Shown: positions 1 through 11,395, counted from the first letter of the stretch. The stretch is DNA of 64,000 bases from an uncultured Bacteroidota bacterium (GCA_963700635.1 CAVOYH010000003.1:672001-736000), one strand, 5' to 3'. The notes: generated from the letters alone by a model not told the origin. Program-made: numbers and translations.

Positions 1-552
1 TTGCAGGTTCTGGAGCGTGTTACCGATCAGATCAGTATTGACCAGCTGTCCGTGCATGAAGATCTTGCCGGCAAGGCCGGACCGATGATCGGGCCACAGC
101 AGGTCCGCAGGTTTATGCATCCTTATTTTTCCGCCGTCTGGGATCTGGTGCAGTCGCGCGGCACAAAGATCTTCGACATGGATTCCGACGGAAATGTCTG
201 GCCTGTTCTGGACGAATTCCTCAACTGCGGCATCAACTCCATGCATCCCATGGAACCGGCCGCCGGTATGGATATTGTCGAAGTCCGCAGGCGTTACGGG
301 TCCCGTTTAGCTATCCGCGGCGGCATTGACAAACATGTCCTGCGATTGGATCGTGCAGCAATCCGCACAGAACTTGAGTACAAAATGCAGCCGTTGATGA
401 GAACTGGTGGAACTGTCTTCGGCCTTGATCACCGGATTCCCAACGGCACCCCGATCGAAAACTACCGGTACTACGTTGACCTGGGCCGGGAGATACTCGG
501 CCTCACGCCACGGTCTCCGAACACGCGGGGATGGAAGCGCATGGCGTTCTGA
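1..552 (+). CDS. Uroporphyrinogen decarboxylase (URO-D)-family TIM-barrel protein, 5' truncated by window edge
   Basis: Open frame from base 1; HEDLAGKAGPMIGP, MDSDGN, HPMEPAAGMD, GGIDK, DHRIP motifs typical of URO-D/methyltransferase-like family. Confidence 0.8.
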   Translation: MQVLERVTDQISIDQLSVHEDLAGKAGPMIGPQQVRRFMHPYFSAVWDLVQSRGTKIFDMDSDGNVWPVLDEFLNCGINSMHPMEPAAGMDIVEVRRRYGSRLAIRGGIDKHVLRLDRAAIRTELEYKMQPLMRTGGTVFGLDHRIPNGTPIENYRYYVDLGREILGLTPRSPNTRGWKRMAF

Positions 553-601
553 CCAACGTCAGACCGTGAGCTGTATGAAGAAACTCTCTGTATAACGGAC
601 A

Positions 602-1195
602 ATGACCGATCAACAACTTCGTCCGGTGCCGCCCAACGGCCGCGATGTGACCATGTCAATGGCGCAGGTTAATCTGCTCGCCATCCCCGTCGCCGTCGTG
701 CCCGTGTTGCTGCTCGGTGGATTGTTCGTCCTGGTGAACGGCTGGGGAGCATTGTCATCTTCCCTTGCGCTGTTCCGGCAACCTGTCACGTTCGCCGCTG
801 TTCTGATCGGCGGCATCGTTACCCACGAGCTTCTCCACGGCGCGGCCTGGGCATTTTATGGGAACAAACCTCTCACAGCAATTACATTCGGGATCCACTG
901 GGTGACATTAACTCCGTATGCTCACTGCAGGGAGCCTTTACGGGCTGAAGCATATCGCCTCGGCGCTCTGGCCCCCGCTCTTATCCTGGGCATCTGCCCC
1001 GCACTCCTTGCAATATTCGCGGGTATGTACTGGTTTCTGTTCCCCGGCCTTATATTTACCGCTGCCGCGGCGGGAGACTTCCTGATTGTCTGGATGTTGC
1101 GAGGCGTGCGCTCCTCACAAATGGTCCTGGACCATCCCAGAAGGGCAGGATGTATCGTGTACGATCACATTTCATCCGAGGAATCTCCGACATGA
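602..1195 (+). CDS. DUF3267-like membrane zincin metalloprotease
   Basis: HELLHG (HExxH) in a hydrophobic protein, LAP motif, AAGD and DHP C-terminal motifs. Confidence 0.75.
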   Translation: MTDQQLRPVPPNGRDVTMSMAQVNLLAIPVAVVPVLLLGGLFVLVNGWGALSSSLALFRQPVTFAAVLIGGIVTHELLHGAAWAFYGNKPLTAITFGIHWVTLTPYAHCREPLRAEAYRLGALAPALILGICPALLAIFAGMYWFLFPGLIFTAAAAGDFLIVWMLRGVRSSQMVLDHPRRAGCIVYDHISSEESPT

Positions 1196-2607
1196 GTGTC
1201 TCCATTGAATTCTGGGGTGCAGCGCGCACCGTCACCGGCTCCATGCATTTGCTGCAGGTCGGCAACAAGCGAATCCTCCTTGATTGCGGCATGTACCATG
1301 GACGCCGCGAGGAAGCATTCCAGCGTAACAAGAACTTTCCTTTTGACCCGCGATCCATCGATGCAGTGGTCCTCTCCCATGCGCATATTGACCACAGCGG
1401 CAATCTCCCCGGATTGGTGCGACAGGGCTTTTCGGGTCCGATCTTCTGTACAGGTGCCACCGCCAGTCTCTGCGCGGTAATGCTTAAGGACAGCGCCTAC
1501 ATTCAGGAGCGGGATATCGAGTATGTTAACAGACGGCACAAGAAACGGGGGATTCCTCCCGCCGAACCGCTGTATACCCAGGAGGATGTGGTGGACACCT
1601 CGGCCCTGCTGAAGCCTCAGGAATACAGCGCATCCTTTGAGGTGGTCGATGGCGTACAATGCCGATTTGAAGATGCGGGCCATATTCTCGGATCTGCTTC
1701 GGTTTCTCTCTCTTTGTCTTCCAACGGATTCAAGACAACCCTCGCCTTCTCGGGCGATCTGGGCCGGCCGAATCTCCCCATCCTCCGTGACCCGGTTCTC
1801 ATCGGGGACGAACAGACGGAGTATCTGATCTGCGAAAGTACATACGGCGGCCGTTTTCATAAACCTGTCCGGGATATGGAAGAACAGCTCCTCCAGCCAA
1901 TCCTGCGTGCCATAGAGCGCAAGGCGAAAGTTGTCATTCCCGCATTCAGCGTGGGCCGTACCCAGGAGATCGTCTACACTCTTCATGAACTCAAGAACAG
2001 GGGCCGACTGGATCACCTCCCTGTGTTCGTAGACAGTCCGCTCTCGGTAAACGTCACCGATGTCTTCCGAAAACATGAGGAATGTTTTGACGCTGAAACG
2101 CTTGCCATTCTGAACGCATCAGACAACAATGACCCTTTCGGGTTCGAACAACTGAAGTACATACGGACACTGGAGGAATCCAAGGCGCTCAACGACCGTC
2201 CCGGACCTTTTGTTGTCATTTCAGCATCCGGCATGTGTGAGGGCGGGCGTGTTGTGCATCATCTTGCCAACACCGTGACTGACTCCCGGAACATGGTTCT
2301 TATTGTGGGATATCAGGCGGAACATACACTGGGAAAGCGGCTCGTCATGCGTGAACCCATTGTCAACATCTTCGGAGAGCCCCATGAGTTGCGGGCAGAA
2401 GTTGTTGTCCTCAACTCCTTCAGCGCCCATGCCGATCGAAACGAACTCCTGGAGTACCTGCGACGATTTCCACGACGGCCCCTTCGTCAAATCTTCCTTG
2501 TCCACGGAGATCCCGACCAGGCGGAAAAGCTGGGCACAGCGCTCACCGAGGAACATTTTGGTGATGTGGTCATTCCGGCCCGCGGCAACCGCATCACTCT
2601 TGGTTGA
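1192..2607 (+). CDS. MBL-fold beta-CASP ribonuclease
   Basis: GAARTVTGS, DCG, HAHIDH, AGHILGS, FSGDLG, ESTYG, SGMCEGGR, FSAHAD; start set at ATG 1192 (ATGA overlap with upstream stop). Confidence 0.92.
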   Translation: MSVSIEFWGAARTVTGSMHLLQVGNKRILLDCGMYHGRREEAFQRNKNFPFDPRSIDAVVLSHAHIDHSGNLPGLVRQGFSGPIFCTGATASLCAVMLKDSAYIQERDIEYVNRRHKKRGIPPAEPLYTQEDVVDTSALLKPQEYSASFEVVDGVQCRFEDAGHILGSASVSLSLSSNGFKTTLAFSGDLGRPNLPILRDPVLIGDEQTEYLICESTYGGRFHKPVRDMEEQLLQPILRAIERKAKVVIPAFSVGRTQEIVYTLHELKNRGRLDHLPVFVDSPLSVNVTDVFRKHEECFDAETLAILNASDNNDPFGFEQLKYIRTLEESKALNDRPGPFVVISASGMCEGGRVVHHLANTVTDSRNMVLIVGYQAEHTLGKRLVMREPIVNIFGEPHELRAEVVVLNSFSAHADRNELLEYLRRFPRRPLRQIFLVHGDPDQAEKLGTALTEEHFGDVVIPARGNRITLG

Positions 2608-4550
2608 GCAGACCTATGTCCCCTGCCCGATGGGTGATGGTCCTGGTCTTCTTTCGGGTGTTCCTGTCTGCACCGGTGCAGGCACAGGAAGCGACCGGGG
2701 AAGCCGAGCTGGTGCCATCCCCCGTTGATTCGCTCACCCGGGTCAACTCGGCAAGCGTTGTGTTTGACAAGAATCTGAACACGTTTAACTGGATCGGCCG
2801 GCTTGTGATGGATACCGTTGTTGCCAGCACACGGATCGGACTCGCCGCCAATTATCTTTCCAATATTATTCAGATCGACGGTGCGCCAGGGGGCGCTCCT
2901 CGATCATCCGAGAGTACCCAGCAGACGTTTCGACTCTCCCTTGCCCACCCAATCGATGCTCCCATCGGGCTCCGTACACAATGGTCTTCTCTGGTTTACT
3001 CTGACAACCGGGGGATTGGCCTGAACAATGCCTCCAACCATACGATCCTCGCCGGGATTGACTACACCCCCTGGACTTCGCTCAGCCTTACACCCCTTGC
3101 GGGGTTCCGGTGGGACAGACAGGGATCTATTCACGACCGGGGACTTGTCCTCGACGTCGGGGCTTCACTTCATGACATTGATGTTGATGGGTATCGAATC
3201 CTTGGTGATGGACGGTTCCGTCAGGACCGCCTTGATCCGCGTTTTCTCGAGAATCATTCCGCACATACCAGCATCGAAAAATCCTTCGGACCCCAGTCCA
3301 GTGATAGTCTGTCTTTCGGTTTCTACCGATCGCGCCGTGAATTCTACCTTAACGGAGATAGTGTCATCGAAAGCCGGACGGACCAGGTGTTTACCTTCGC
3401 CAATCTGCTGTCATACGACATCACCCCTTCCCTCGGTGCAAACGTCTTCGTCGGGATTCAGAACCGCGGATTGGACAAAGACGAGCGGCGCATCATTGTC
3501 TTCCCGGTATCTTCCACCTCCTTTGATACACGTGTTGAAGAATTCCGCCTCGATGCATATATGCAGGCATGGTACCGTTCACCTGACGCATCCACATCCG
3601 CTCATCTCCGTTTCGCATACAGTGAGCGGAGTGAAACCCACCGGGCCAAGTCGCCCGACGTGATCACGCCAACGCTCGCTGTGTTGTTTGCCGAACGTAA
3701 CCGGCGCGAACAGTCGAAAGACAATATTGCCCGAAGGGTGTCTCTTGCAGGGGGTATTTCTCTTCCGGTCTCCTCCTCGGACCGTATCCATTTTTCAGGT
3801 TCGGCGACTGTTCTGCGATACGATACCCCGAGCGAGCTGAATCTGGAAGACAGGGACGAGCTGCTGATCGCACTCACAGCGGGCACCCTTCACCGGGTTA
3901 CAAGGCACTTTCACGTCGGCATTACCTTTGATGCGACCATAAGCCATCTTGTGTACCTGCTGGGGGAACGCAGCGCCAACAACAACATCAACCGTGTGAT
4001 CCGGTTGACACCCCGGACAGTCTATTCTCCGGTTCCATGGTTTTACACTCAGAATGCGTTTGAGGTGCTCGCCAATTACACCGTGTATGACTACGAAAAA
4101 CAGGTGGCCCTCGCCAGAAGTTTCTCGTACCGGCAGTTCTCCTGGATGGATTCCACGCGCATTGAGCTGGGGCAGAGGATAGGACTTGACTTTTTCGCCT
4201 ATTTAAAGTTGTATGAACGTGGAATGTTGAAGTGGGACGAGTTTCTCGAACGGACGGAGAATTCAACAACCGACCGCACAATGGCGTTTCAGGTTCGGTT
4301 CTCCCCCAGCAGAACAACGATTTTTGCGCTGGGAATCAGATATTTTAGCCAGTCGCGCTATCTGTTTGAGGATTCCGTCAGGAAGCTGGATACGTTTTTC
4401 AGCAGTGTCGGACCGACCTGTCTTCTTCAATGGGAGGTTGGACCGCACAGTTTTCTCTCGTTTCGAGGATGGTATGAGCGGCGCAAACATTCGGACGGCA
4501 CTTCCCGGTCAACAGCCAGCATGACGGCAAATGTCTATCTCCATTTCTGA
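2604..4550 (+). CDS. Hypothetical outer-membrane beta-barrel protein
   Basis: Signal peptide ending AQA, alternating beta-strand pattern rich in Y/F/R/S, C-terminal VYLHF beta-signal; start may be ATG 2616. Confidence 0.6.
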   Translation: MSRPMSPARWVMVLVFFRVFLSAPVQAQEATGEAELVPSPVDSLTRVNSASVVFDKNLNTFNWIGRLVMDTVVASTRIGLAANYLSNIIQIDGAPGGAPRSSESTQQTFRLSLAHPIDAPIGLRTQWSSLVYSDNRGIGLNNASNHTILAGIDYTPWTSLSLTPLAGFRWDRQGSIHDRGLVLDVGASLHDIDVDGYRILGDGRFRQDRLDPRFLENHSAHTSIEKSFGPQSSDSLSFGFYRSRREFYLNGDSVIESRTDQVFTFANLLSYDITPSLGANVFVGIQNRGLDKDERRIIVFPVSSTSFDTRVEEFRLDAYMQAWYRSPDASTSAHLRFAYSERSETHRAKSPDVITPTLAVLFAERNRREQSKDNIARRVSLAGGISLPVSSSDRIHFSGSATVLRYDTPSELNLEDRDELLIALTAGTLHRVTRHFHVGITFDATISHLVYLLGERSANNNINRVIRLTPRTVYSPVPWFYTQNAFEVLANYTVYDYEKQVALARSFSYRQFSWMDSTRIELGQRIGLDFFAYLKLYERGMLKWDEFLERTENSTTDRTMAFQVRFSPSRTTIFALGIRYFSQSRYLFEDSVRKLDTFFSSVGPTCLLQWEVGPHSFLSFRGWYERRKHSDGTSRSTASMTANVYLHF

Positions 4551-4562
4551 GCGGACGGATAC

Positions 4563-4985
4563 GTGAAACCAGCGCAGACGATTTACAGGATAACATTACG
4601 GAGTACTCCCCGAAGCATAAAGCGTGTGGAGGGTTACATTCAGAAGATCAGTCGCGCGGTCGATCTTGATGAGATTCAGCTTCACAAGCTGATGGTTTCC
4701 CTGACGGAAGCCGTGAACAACGCAATTCTGCACGGTAACCGGTCGGACCCTGAAAGGCGGGTGTGCGTAACATGTGAAGTGCTTCCCGGATGGCTCCTCT
4801 TTGAGATTTGCGATGAAGGCAAAGGATTCCATCCGGAATTCGTGCGCAACCCGCTCAAAGAGGAAAACCTGAAGAAGGAGAGTGGAAGGGGGATATTCTT
4901 AATGCGGACGTTGATGGATAAGGTTGAGTTTGAGCACTTGCCGGAAGGAATGCGTGTCCGCCTCTGGCTCAATCTCAATAAATAA
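4563..4985 (+). CDS. RsbW-like anti-sigma factor / Ser-Thr kinase (HATPase_c_2)
   Basis: EAVNNAILHGN, DEGKGF, GRGIFLMRTLMDKVEF. Confidence 0.88.
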   Translation: MKPAQTIYRITLRSTPRSIKRVEGYIQKISRAVDLDEIQLHKLMVSLTEAVNNAILHGNRSDPERRVCVTCEVLPGWLLFEICDEGKGFHPEFVRNPLKEENLKKESGRGIFLMRTLMDKVEFEHLPEGMRVRLWLNLNK

Positions 4986-5000
4986 ATCCTCTCTTCCCGC

Positions 5001-5702
5001 TCACTGTATCTCGTTGAGAGTCAGTTGCGCCCCCCCTTCACTGTCATTCGGTTCCAACCGCATCAGCAGAAATGCCGACGGGGCATCGGCAACCCAATAC
5101 CGGTAATCGAACGACACCCCGCTCAGATCAACCCGATAGGCCGGAAAGACCGTTTGTTGCCCCTTCACGTTGACCGAAAACATATCTGGCGTTCCGGATA
5201 TCCGTCCGTAGACGGGCTGGGACCGGCCGTAATCCTGGTATCCTACCACCCATGAGTTCCCGGACCCGACGGAAAATGCAGCGATACGCTCCCACTGATC
5301 CGGCGGCACCGGCTGTTTGCGAATACGGGCGATTGTAGACAGGAAGCCATACCTGTAGAGATCGCCGTCGGTGTTTACCGCGATCATTACCGTATCGTAA
5401 ACGGAGAGTGTGCTCCGCAAGATGATGGCGCTGTCCTGTATCGTGGTTACATTACTGAAACCCGGGAGGGTTGCCCCTGTGCTCAGGACTTTCCACGATG
5501 CACGCGAACGGGTTGACGGTCGGCTATAGCCGAACTCATCCAGCAGGACGGCCTCATACAGGAAGGTATCCCCTGTCGTGAAATGCATCGAAAATGGAAT
5601 TGGTTCGGAAATTCCCGTGGTGTCGATGCTCTCACGGCAGGAAAGGGAGAGAGCGCACAGGCAAAAAAGGGCAACCCGCCGGGTTGCCCTTATGGAAGTC
5701 AC
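5001..5702 (-). CDS. Hypothetical lipoprotein
   Basis: GTG 5702 preceded by GAGG SD just after the mdh stop; basic N-terminus, hydrophobic stretch, lipobox-like LSLSC. Confidence 0.6.
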   Translation of the reverse strand: MTSIRATRRVALFCLCALSLSCRESIDTTGISEPIPFSMHFTTGDTFLYEAVLLDEFGYSRPSTRSRASWKVLSTGATLPGFSNVTTIQDSAIILRSTLSVYDTVMIAVNTDGDLYRYGFLSTIARIRKQPVPPDQWERIAAFSVGSGNSWVVGYQDYGRSQPVYGRISGTPDMFSVNVKGQQTVFPAYRVDLSGVSFDYRYWVADAPSAFLLMRLEPNDSEGGAQLTLNEIQ

Positions 5703-5716
5703 TGATCTACCTCGTC

Positions 5717-6926
<1,210 letters not shown>

Positions 6927-6935
6927 GACTAGCCT

Positions 6936-7247
6936 CTACTTGCCAATACTGAGAATTTCGATCTGTGTGAATCCCTGACGGTGCCCGCGCTTGACGCGGT
7001 AACCCTTACGGCGTTTTTTCTTGAACACGATGACCTTGTCACTTCTCCCGTGCTCGAGAATCGCGCCTTCCACATGCGCTCCGGCTACGACCGGGTGACC
7101 CACGACGACACTTTTTTCATCGCCCACCAGAAGGATCCGATCCAGCGAGATCTTGGTTCCGGGTTTTTCATGTAAACTGGGGACGGTAATGCGGTCTTTG
7201 GGAGAAACCTTGTATTGCTTTCCTGCAACTTCCACGACGGCAAACAT
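6936..7247 (-). CDS. rplU: 50S ribosomal protein L21
   Basis: [14 protein letters not shown]...[17 protein letters not shown]; adjacent to rpmA. Confidence 0.99.
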   Translation of the reverse strand: MFAVVEVAGKQYKVSPKDRITVPSLHEKPGTKISLDRILLVGDEKSVVVGHPVVAGAHVEGAILEHGRSDKVIVFKKKRRKGYRVKRGHRQGFTQIEILSIGK

Positions 7248-7277
7248 CAGCGTATTCCTCTCTCATATAGGAATATA

Positions 7278-7306
7278 AAGGTACCAAATACTCTCAAAAA
7301 AGTCAA
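7278..7306 (-). promoter_or_regulatory. Putative sigma70 promoter for rplU-rpmA-mdh
   Basis: Minus strand TTGACT-N17-TACCTT about 30 nt upstream of rplU. Confidence 0.5.
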
Positions 7307-9444
7307 TCTTTGCCGCTCCGAAAACTGAGGATCCGCAGAGCATTTGCGATTACCGCCAGAGACGCCCCATCATCTGCCAGAATGGCCATCCAGAGGGTGG
7401 CGAAGCCCGTCAGACTTAGCACCAGGAAGAGAAGCTTCAATCCGAGGGCAATACCGATATTCTGACGGATTATCCGCATCGTGAGCCTGCTTACACCCAC
7501 CAGATGGGGAATCCGGTCAATATTGTCCCCCATCAGGACGACATCGGCGGTTTCCAGGGCCGTGTCGTTCCCTGCTCCTCCCATTGCAATACCGACAGTA
7601 GCCGCCGCGAGCGCTGGCGCGTCATTAATGCCATCTCCCACCATGGCCACCGCGCCATAGTCCCTTCCCAGCTGTTCGACCGCCGCCACCTTCCCAGCCG
7701 GAAGTAGTCCGGCCTTCCACCGGTCTATCCCGACCTCTCCCGCGATGGCACCCGCAACCTGTTCATTATCTCCGGAAAGCATCACCACGTCACGGATTCC
7801 TTTCCGCCGAAGGGCCTGCACCACTCCGCGACTATGGGTCCGGAGCTTGTCCCGCAGAGCGATGATACCCAGGGGTTTGCCCGCGACTCCAAGGACAACG
7901 GCGGTTTTCCCTTCCCGGTTCAGGATGTCAACCTGGCGAAGAACCTCAGGCGTACAGCAATGCCGTTCGCGGCAGAATTCGAGATTCCCGAGAACGTACC
8001 CGGCCCCGTTGATGATGGCCGTCACCCCGCGTCCCGGATATGACGTAAAAGATTCGACGGCAATGGTTTCATGGTGAAGCCCACGCCGCACGCTCTCCTC
8101 CACCACGGCTGCAGCAAGATGATGTTCGGACCGGAATTCCAGAGCGGCGGCAACCCTCAGAATCGATTCGGGGGTATCGTGGTTAAGAGCCACCGTGTCT
8201 GTCACCCGCATCCGCCCTTCTGTGAGCGTACCGGTCTTGTCGAATGCAATGACATTCACCGAGTGCAGGGCTTCCAGATGAGTGCCCCCTTTGATCAGGA
8301 TGCCGTGCCGCGCCCCGTTGGTCAACGCGCTCACCAGCGCTACCGGTGTCGAAATGACAAGAGCACAGGGACAGGCAATAACGAGCAGGACTAGCGCACG
8401 GTAGAGCCAGACATCAAACGGGAGAGAAAACAGTACAGGCGGGATCACCGCAACAAGAATGGCAAGAACGAGCACCCCCGGTGTATACACCGCGGCGAAA
8501 CGGTCCACAAGACTCTGCACCGGCGCGCGTTTCTGTTCCGCTTCTTCGATAAGATGAATGATGTGGGCAAGAGTCGTGTCTTCGTAGCGCCGCGTCGCCT
8601 GCACCGTCAGTGACCCGTGACCATTAAGAGCACCGGCAAAGACCGTGTCACCTTCGTTCTTCTCCACGGGAATCGATTCGCCGGTAATCGCAGCCTGATC
8701 GAGGGACGACCTGCCTTCGATCACAACACCATCGATGGGAATGCGCTCACCGGGACGGATCCGTAGGATGTCACCCGGCACCACTTCGGATGCGGAAAGA
8801 GTCTGTTCGGTCGGGCCGCGAAGCACATGGGCCTGCTGGGGTGAAAGTGTGACGAGCGACTCAAGAGCACGGCGGGTGCGGGTGGTGCTGTAGGATTCCA
8901 GCATCAGTGCCACGGAAAAAAGGACAACCACCGCAGCACCCTCGCTCCAGCGGTCAATCGCCATCGCGCCGATTACGGCCAGCGCCATGAGGACATTCAT
9001 ATCCAGTGTTCTGGTCCGCAGCGCCGCGGTGGCCTTGAGCAGAATCTGCCATCCGCCGGTGAGAATAGAGGCAAAAAGCAGGGTACGCACGAGAAGAGGG
9101 GAAAGACCGAGTGATTCCATCGCCATCCCGGCAGCCGCAAGCAGACCGGCAGCCGCGGTCCAGAGAGCCTGTCCGTGGCGTTCCAGAAACGATTGTGGTG
9201 GACGGATTTCCTGTTTGAGACGCCCCCGGAAACCGGCACCCCGCAGATCCCCTAGAACCTGCGTATCGACAACGTCCGCATCAACACGGAGTTCTGAAGA
9301 AAGCAGGCTGAATGTGTAGCGATCATGACCAAGGCTGGCATCCAGCCGTTTGCGGAGAATATGCTCTTCTGTTGCGCAGCAGACTCCGGACACAATAAAC
9401 CGCTTCCGATGCTTCGTCTCCTGATGTCTTCTGTTCTCCACCAC
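7303..9444 (-). CDS. Heavy-metal P1B-type ATPase (Zn/Cd/Pb, ZntA/CadA-like)
   Basis: TGES, CPC, DKTGT, GDGINDAP, ILAD in last helix; N-terminal HMA-like domain GVCCATEE; start set at GTG 9444 after GGAGGAG SD. Confidence 0.93.
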   Translation of the reverse strand: MVENRRHQETKHRKRFIVSGVCCATEEHILRKRLDASLGHDRYTFSLLSSELRVDADVVDTQVLGDLRGAGFRGRLKQEIRPPQSFLERHGQALWTAAAGLLAAAGMAMESLGLSPLLVRTLLFASILTGGWQILLKATAALRTRTLDMNVLMALAVIGAMAIDRWSEGAAVVVLFSVALMLESYSTTRTRRALESLVTLSPQQAHVLRGPTEQTLSASEVVPGDILRIRPGERIPIDGVVIEGRSSLDQAAITGESIPVEKNEGDTVFAGALNGHGSLTVQATRRYEDTTLAHIIHLIEEAEQKRAPVQSLVDRFAAVYTPGVLVLAILVAVIPPVLFSLPFDVWLYRALVLLVIACPCALVISTPVALVSALTNGARHGILIKGGTHLEALHSVNVIAFDKTGTLTEGRMRVTDTVALNHDTPESILRVAAALEFRSEHHLAAAVVEESVRRGLHHETIAVESFTSYPGRGVTAIINGAGYVLGNLEFCRERHCCTPEVLRQVDILNREGKTAVVLGVAGKPLGIIALRDKLRTHSRGVVQALRRKGIRDVVMLSGDNEQVAGAIAGEVGIDRWKAGLLPAGKVAAVEQLGRDYGAVAMVGDGINDAPALAAATVGIAMGGAGNDTALETADVVLMGDNIDRIPHLVGVSRLTMRIIRQNIGIALGLKLLFLVLSLTGFATLWMAILADDGASLAVIANALRILSFRSGKD

Positions 9445-9466
9445 AATCCTCTCCTCCTGCTCCGTG

Positions 9467-10435
9467 TTACCTGTCAAGGGGCGACCAGGGATGCAGACTG
9501 TCCATCGTTTGAACCTTGTCCCGGAGAAACTTATACAACCGCGGGGCGGTATACAGACAGAATACGGCGAACAGCGCCCCGGCAACCAGATCAACAACGT
9601 AGTGATATCGTTGATATACTGTCGCAATAATCAGCAAAATACCATTGATGAGGATGAAGTAGCGTGTGCCCAGCCGGTACCGGACACTAAAAGCCATCAG
9701 GACGAGCGTCATCATGGTATGGCCACTCGGAAAAACATCCCGCTGGGTGGCTGCCATTGCATCGGCGCTGCTGACTCCCATAGGGACAGATTCTCCCACA
9801 TTCACGAACCACCGCAGATAGGGGGTCAGAAACAGCCCGGGAAGTTCCAGATCCAGGGAATTAAAGTCATGGAGTGTGAACCGTGGGCCGACCGCGGGCA
9901 AAGAGAAATAGCCCAGATACGACAGATAGAATCCGTACACGCATGTGAACATAAAAAAATGAAATACCCCGGGGGAATGTTTCCGGTAGAGTTCATAACC
10001 GATGAGCAGGAAGAGGAAGTAAAACAGCGTGTATGCAATCTGCAGGGCCTCTGTCGCAACCGGGTGTCTGAACTGCATTATCCATTCGGTCGGATTAACT
10101 CCAAACACCCACCGGTCAACGGCAATCAGCCAATCGTCGTAGTCAATTCCCTGATGGATCGGTTTAATCATGAAGTAGAGTTCTTTAAACGTGAAGAAAA
10201 CCAGGGGGGCGACATACCAATCGTGGATGTACGCCAGAATTTTCTGCGGACTGGACGCGCGGGCGAGCGCAAGCAGGCAAATCCCGGTGATGATGACACC
10301 GTTGATCATCACCAGGATCCACCATCCGGGGATCCTTCCGGCGAAGATGACGCTGAGGAGGCTCAGCAGGAAGAAGAACGTAATAATCACAACGTCGGCG
10401 GAATGGAAGGCGCGCAACAGGGTCCGGAATTTCAT
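9467..10435 (-). CDS. PAP2-superfamily membrane phosphoesterase/phosphotransferase (AUR1/PAP2_3-like)
   Basis: Multiple TM helices, PAVGPRF, FPSGH, RYHYVVD. Confidence 0.85.
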   Translation of the reverse strand: MKFRTLLRAFHSADVVIITFFFLLSLLSVIFAGRIPGWWILVMINGVIITGICLLALARASSPQKILAYIHDWYVAPLVFFTFKELYFMIKPIHQGIDYDDWLIAVDRWVFGVNPTEWIMQFRHPVATEALQIAYTLFYFLFLLIGYELYRKHSPGVFHFFMFTCVYGFYLSYLGYFSLPAVGPRFTLHDFNSLDLELPGLFLTPYLRWFVNVGESVPMGVSSADAMAATQRDVFPSGHTMMTLVLMAFSVRYRLGTRYFILINGILLIIATVYQRYHYVVDLVAGALFAVFCLYTAPRLYKFLRDKVQTMDSLHPWSPLDR

Positions 10436-11265
10436 TCGCGCGGCCTCCCCTGCGGCTGTACATGCACCAGTTGATTACTCAGGCGTGCGAGTTCTCCGAT
10501 GGACAGTTCTTCCGGGCGGCATTGGAGAACATCCTCAACGTCAGCAGGTGGTTCCTGTCCGAGAAAATATCGCAGCGAGTTTCTGAGAGTCTTACGACGT
10601 TTCCCGAACACGGCCCGCACCATGGACCGGAAAAACCGTTCATCCGTAACAGTCGCGCAGGGTGTAGCACGTATCGTCAACCGTACCAGCGCGGACGTTA
10701 TCTTTGGCCGGGGGTAGAAGACATGCGGTGAAACATCAAAGAGCATCTCAACCTCTGCATAGAACTGACAGCTCACGGAGAGTATCCCATAGTCTTTGGA
10801 CCCCGGAGTCGCGCACAACCGCACGGCCACTTCCCGCTGCATCATCAGCACAGCATCCTGGATGGCGGCACGATGCTCCAGGACGTGGAAGAGGATTGGC
10901 GTGGTAATGTTATAGGGTATGTTTCCCACGACACGGAGCCGTCCCACCCGCGCCGCAAGCGCGGTAAGGTCCACGTCCAGAATGTCCCCGTGAAGAATTT
11001 CGACCGGTGTGCCGGACATGGCCTGTTGCATCTGTGCGATGACGCGGTCGTCCAGATCCACGACAATGAGCTTGCCTGCGTGCGCAGCAAGGTCGTGGGT
11101 CAGCGCACCTTCCCCCGGTCCGATCTCGACAACAGTATCCCCGGGGCCCGGATCGATCATTTTTATGATCTTGCGGGCAGTATTGGGATCGCGGAGGAAA
11201 TTCTGGCCGAGTGAACGACGCGGACGCAGGGGAGGAAAAGCTTTCACGGTCACCCTTCTGGACAT
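10432..11265 (-). CDS. rsmA: 16S rRNA m6,2A1518/1519 dimethyltransferase
   Basis: SLGQNFL, VEIGPGEG, GNIPYNIT, FGKRRKTLRN. Confidence 0.97.
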   Translation of the reverse strand: MSRRVTVKAFPPLRPRRSLGQNFLRDPNTARKIIKMIDPGPGDTVVEIGPGEGALTHDLAAHAGKLIVVDLDDRVIAQMQQAMSGTPVEILHGDILDVDLTALAARVGRLRVVGNIPYNITTPILFHVLEHRAAIQDAVLMMQREVAVRLCATPGSKDYGILSVSCQFYAEVEMLFDVSPHVFYPRPKITSALVRLTIRATPCATVTDERFFRSMVRAVFGKRRKTLRNSLRYFLGQEPPADVEDVLQCRPEELSIGELARLSNQLVHVQPQGRPRE

Positions 11266-11317
11266 TCCCGGATCCTCCGCCTCTGTCCGTCAGAGAAAGG
11301 CGGATACATGAAAAATA

Positions 11318-11346
11318 AATATAGAGAAGCTGGCGGGAAATGTCAA
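11318..11346 (-). promoter_or_regulatory. Putative sigma70 promoter for rsmA operon
   Basis: Minus strand TTGACA-N17-TATATT, near consensus. Confidence 0.7.
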
Positions 11347-11366
11347 CGCGCACACCGGTGGATTCG

Positions 11367-11395
11367 TTGATTTTCAACGTTGAATTAGTTAGCTT
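11367..11395 (+). promoter_or_regulatory. Putative sigma70 promoter for the glycan operon, with a palindrome in the spacer
   Basis: TTGATT-N17-TAGCTT; perfect 12-bp palindrome TTCAACGTTGAA at 11373-11384. Confidence 0.45.

Noticed and set aside
9464-10474. 336-aa plus-strand ORF, and similar antisense ORFs at 1165-2076, 28337-29329 and 32767-33603
   Set aside because: Each lies opposite a well-supported gene and lacks domain signatures.
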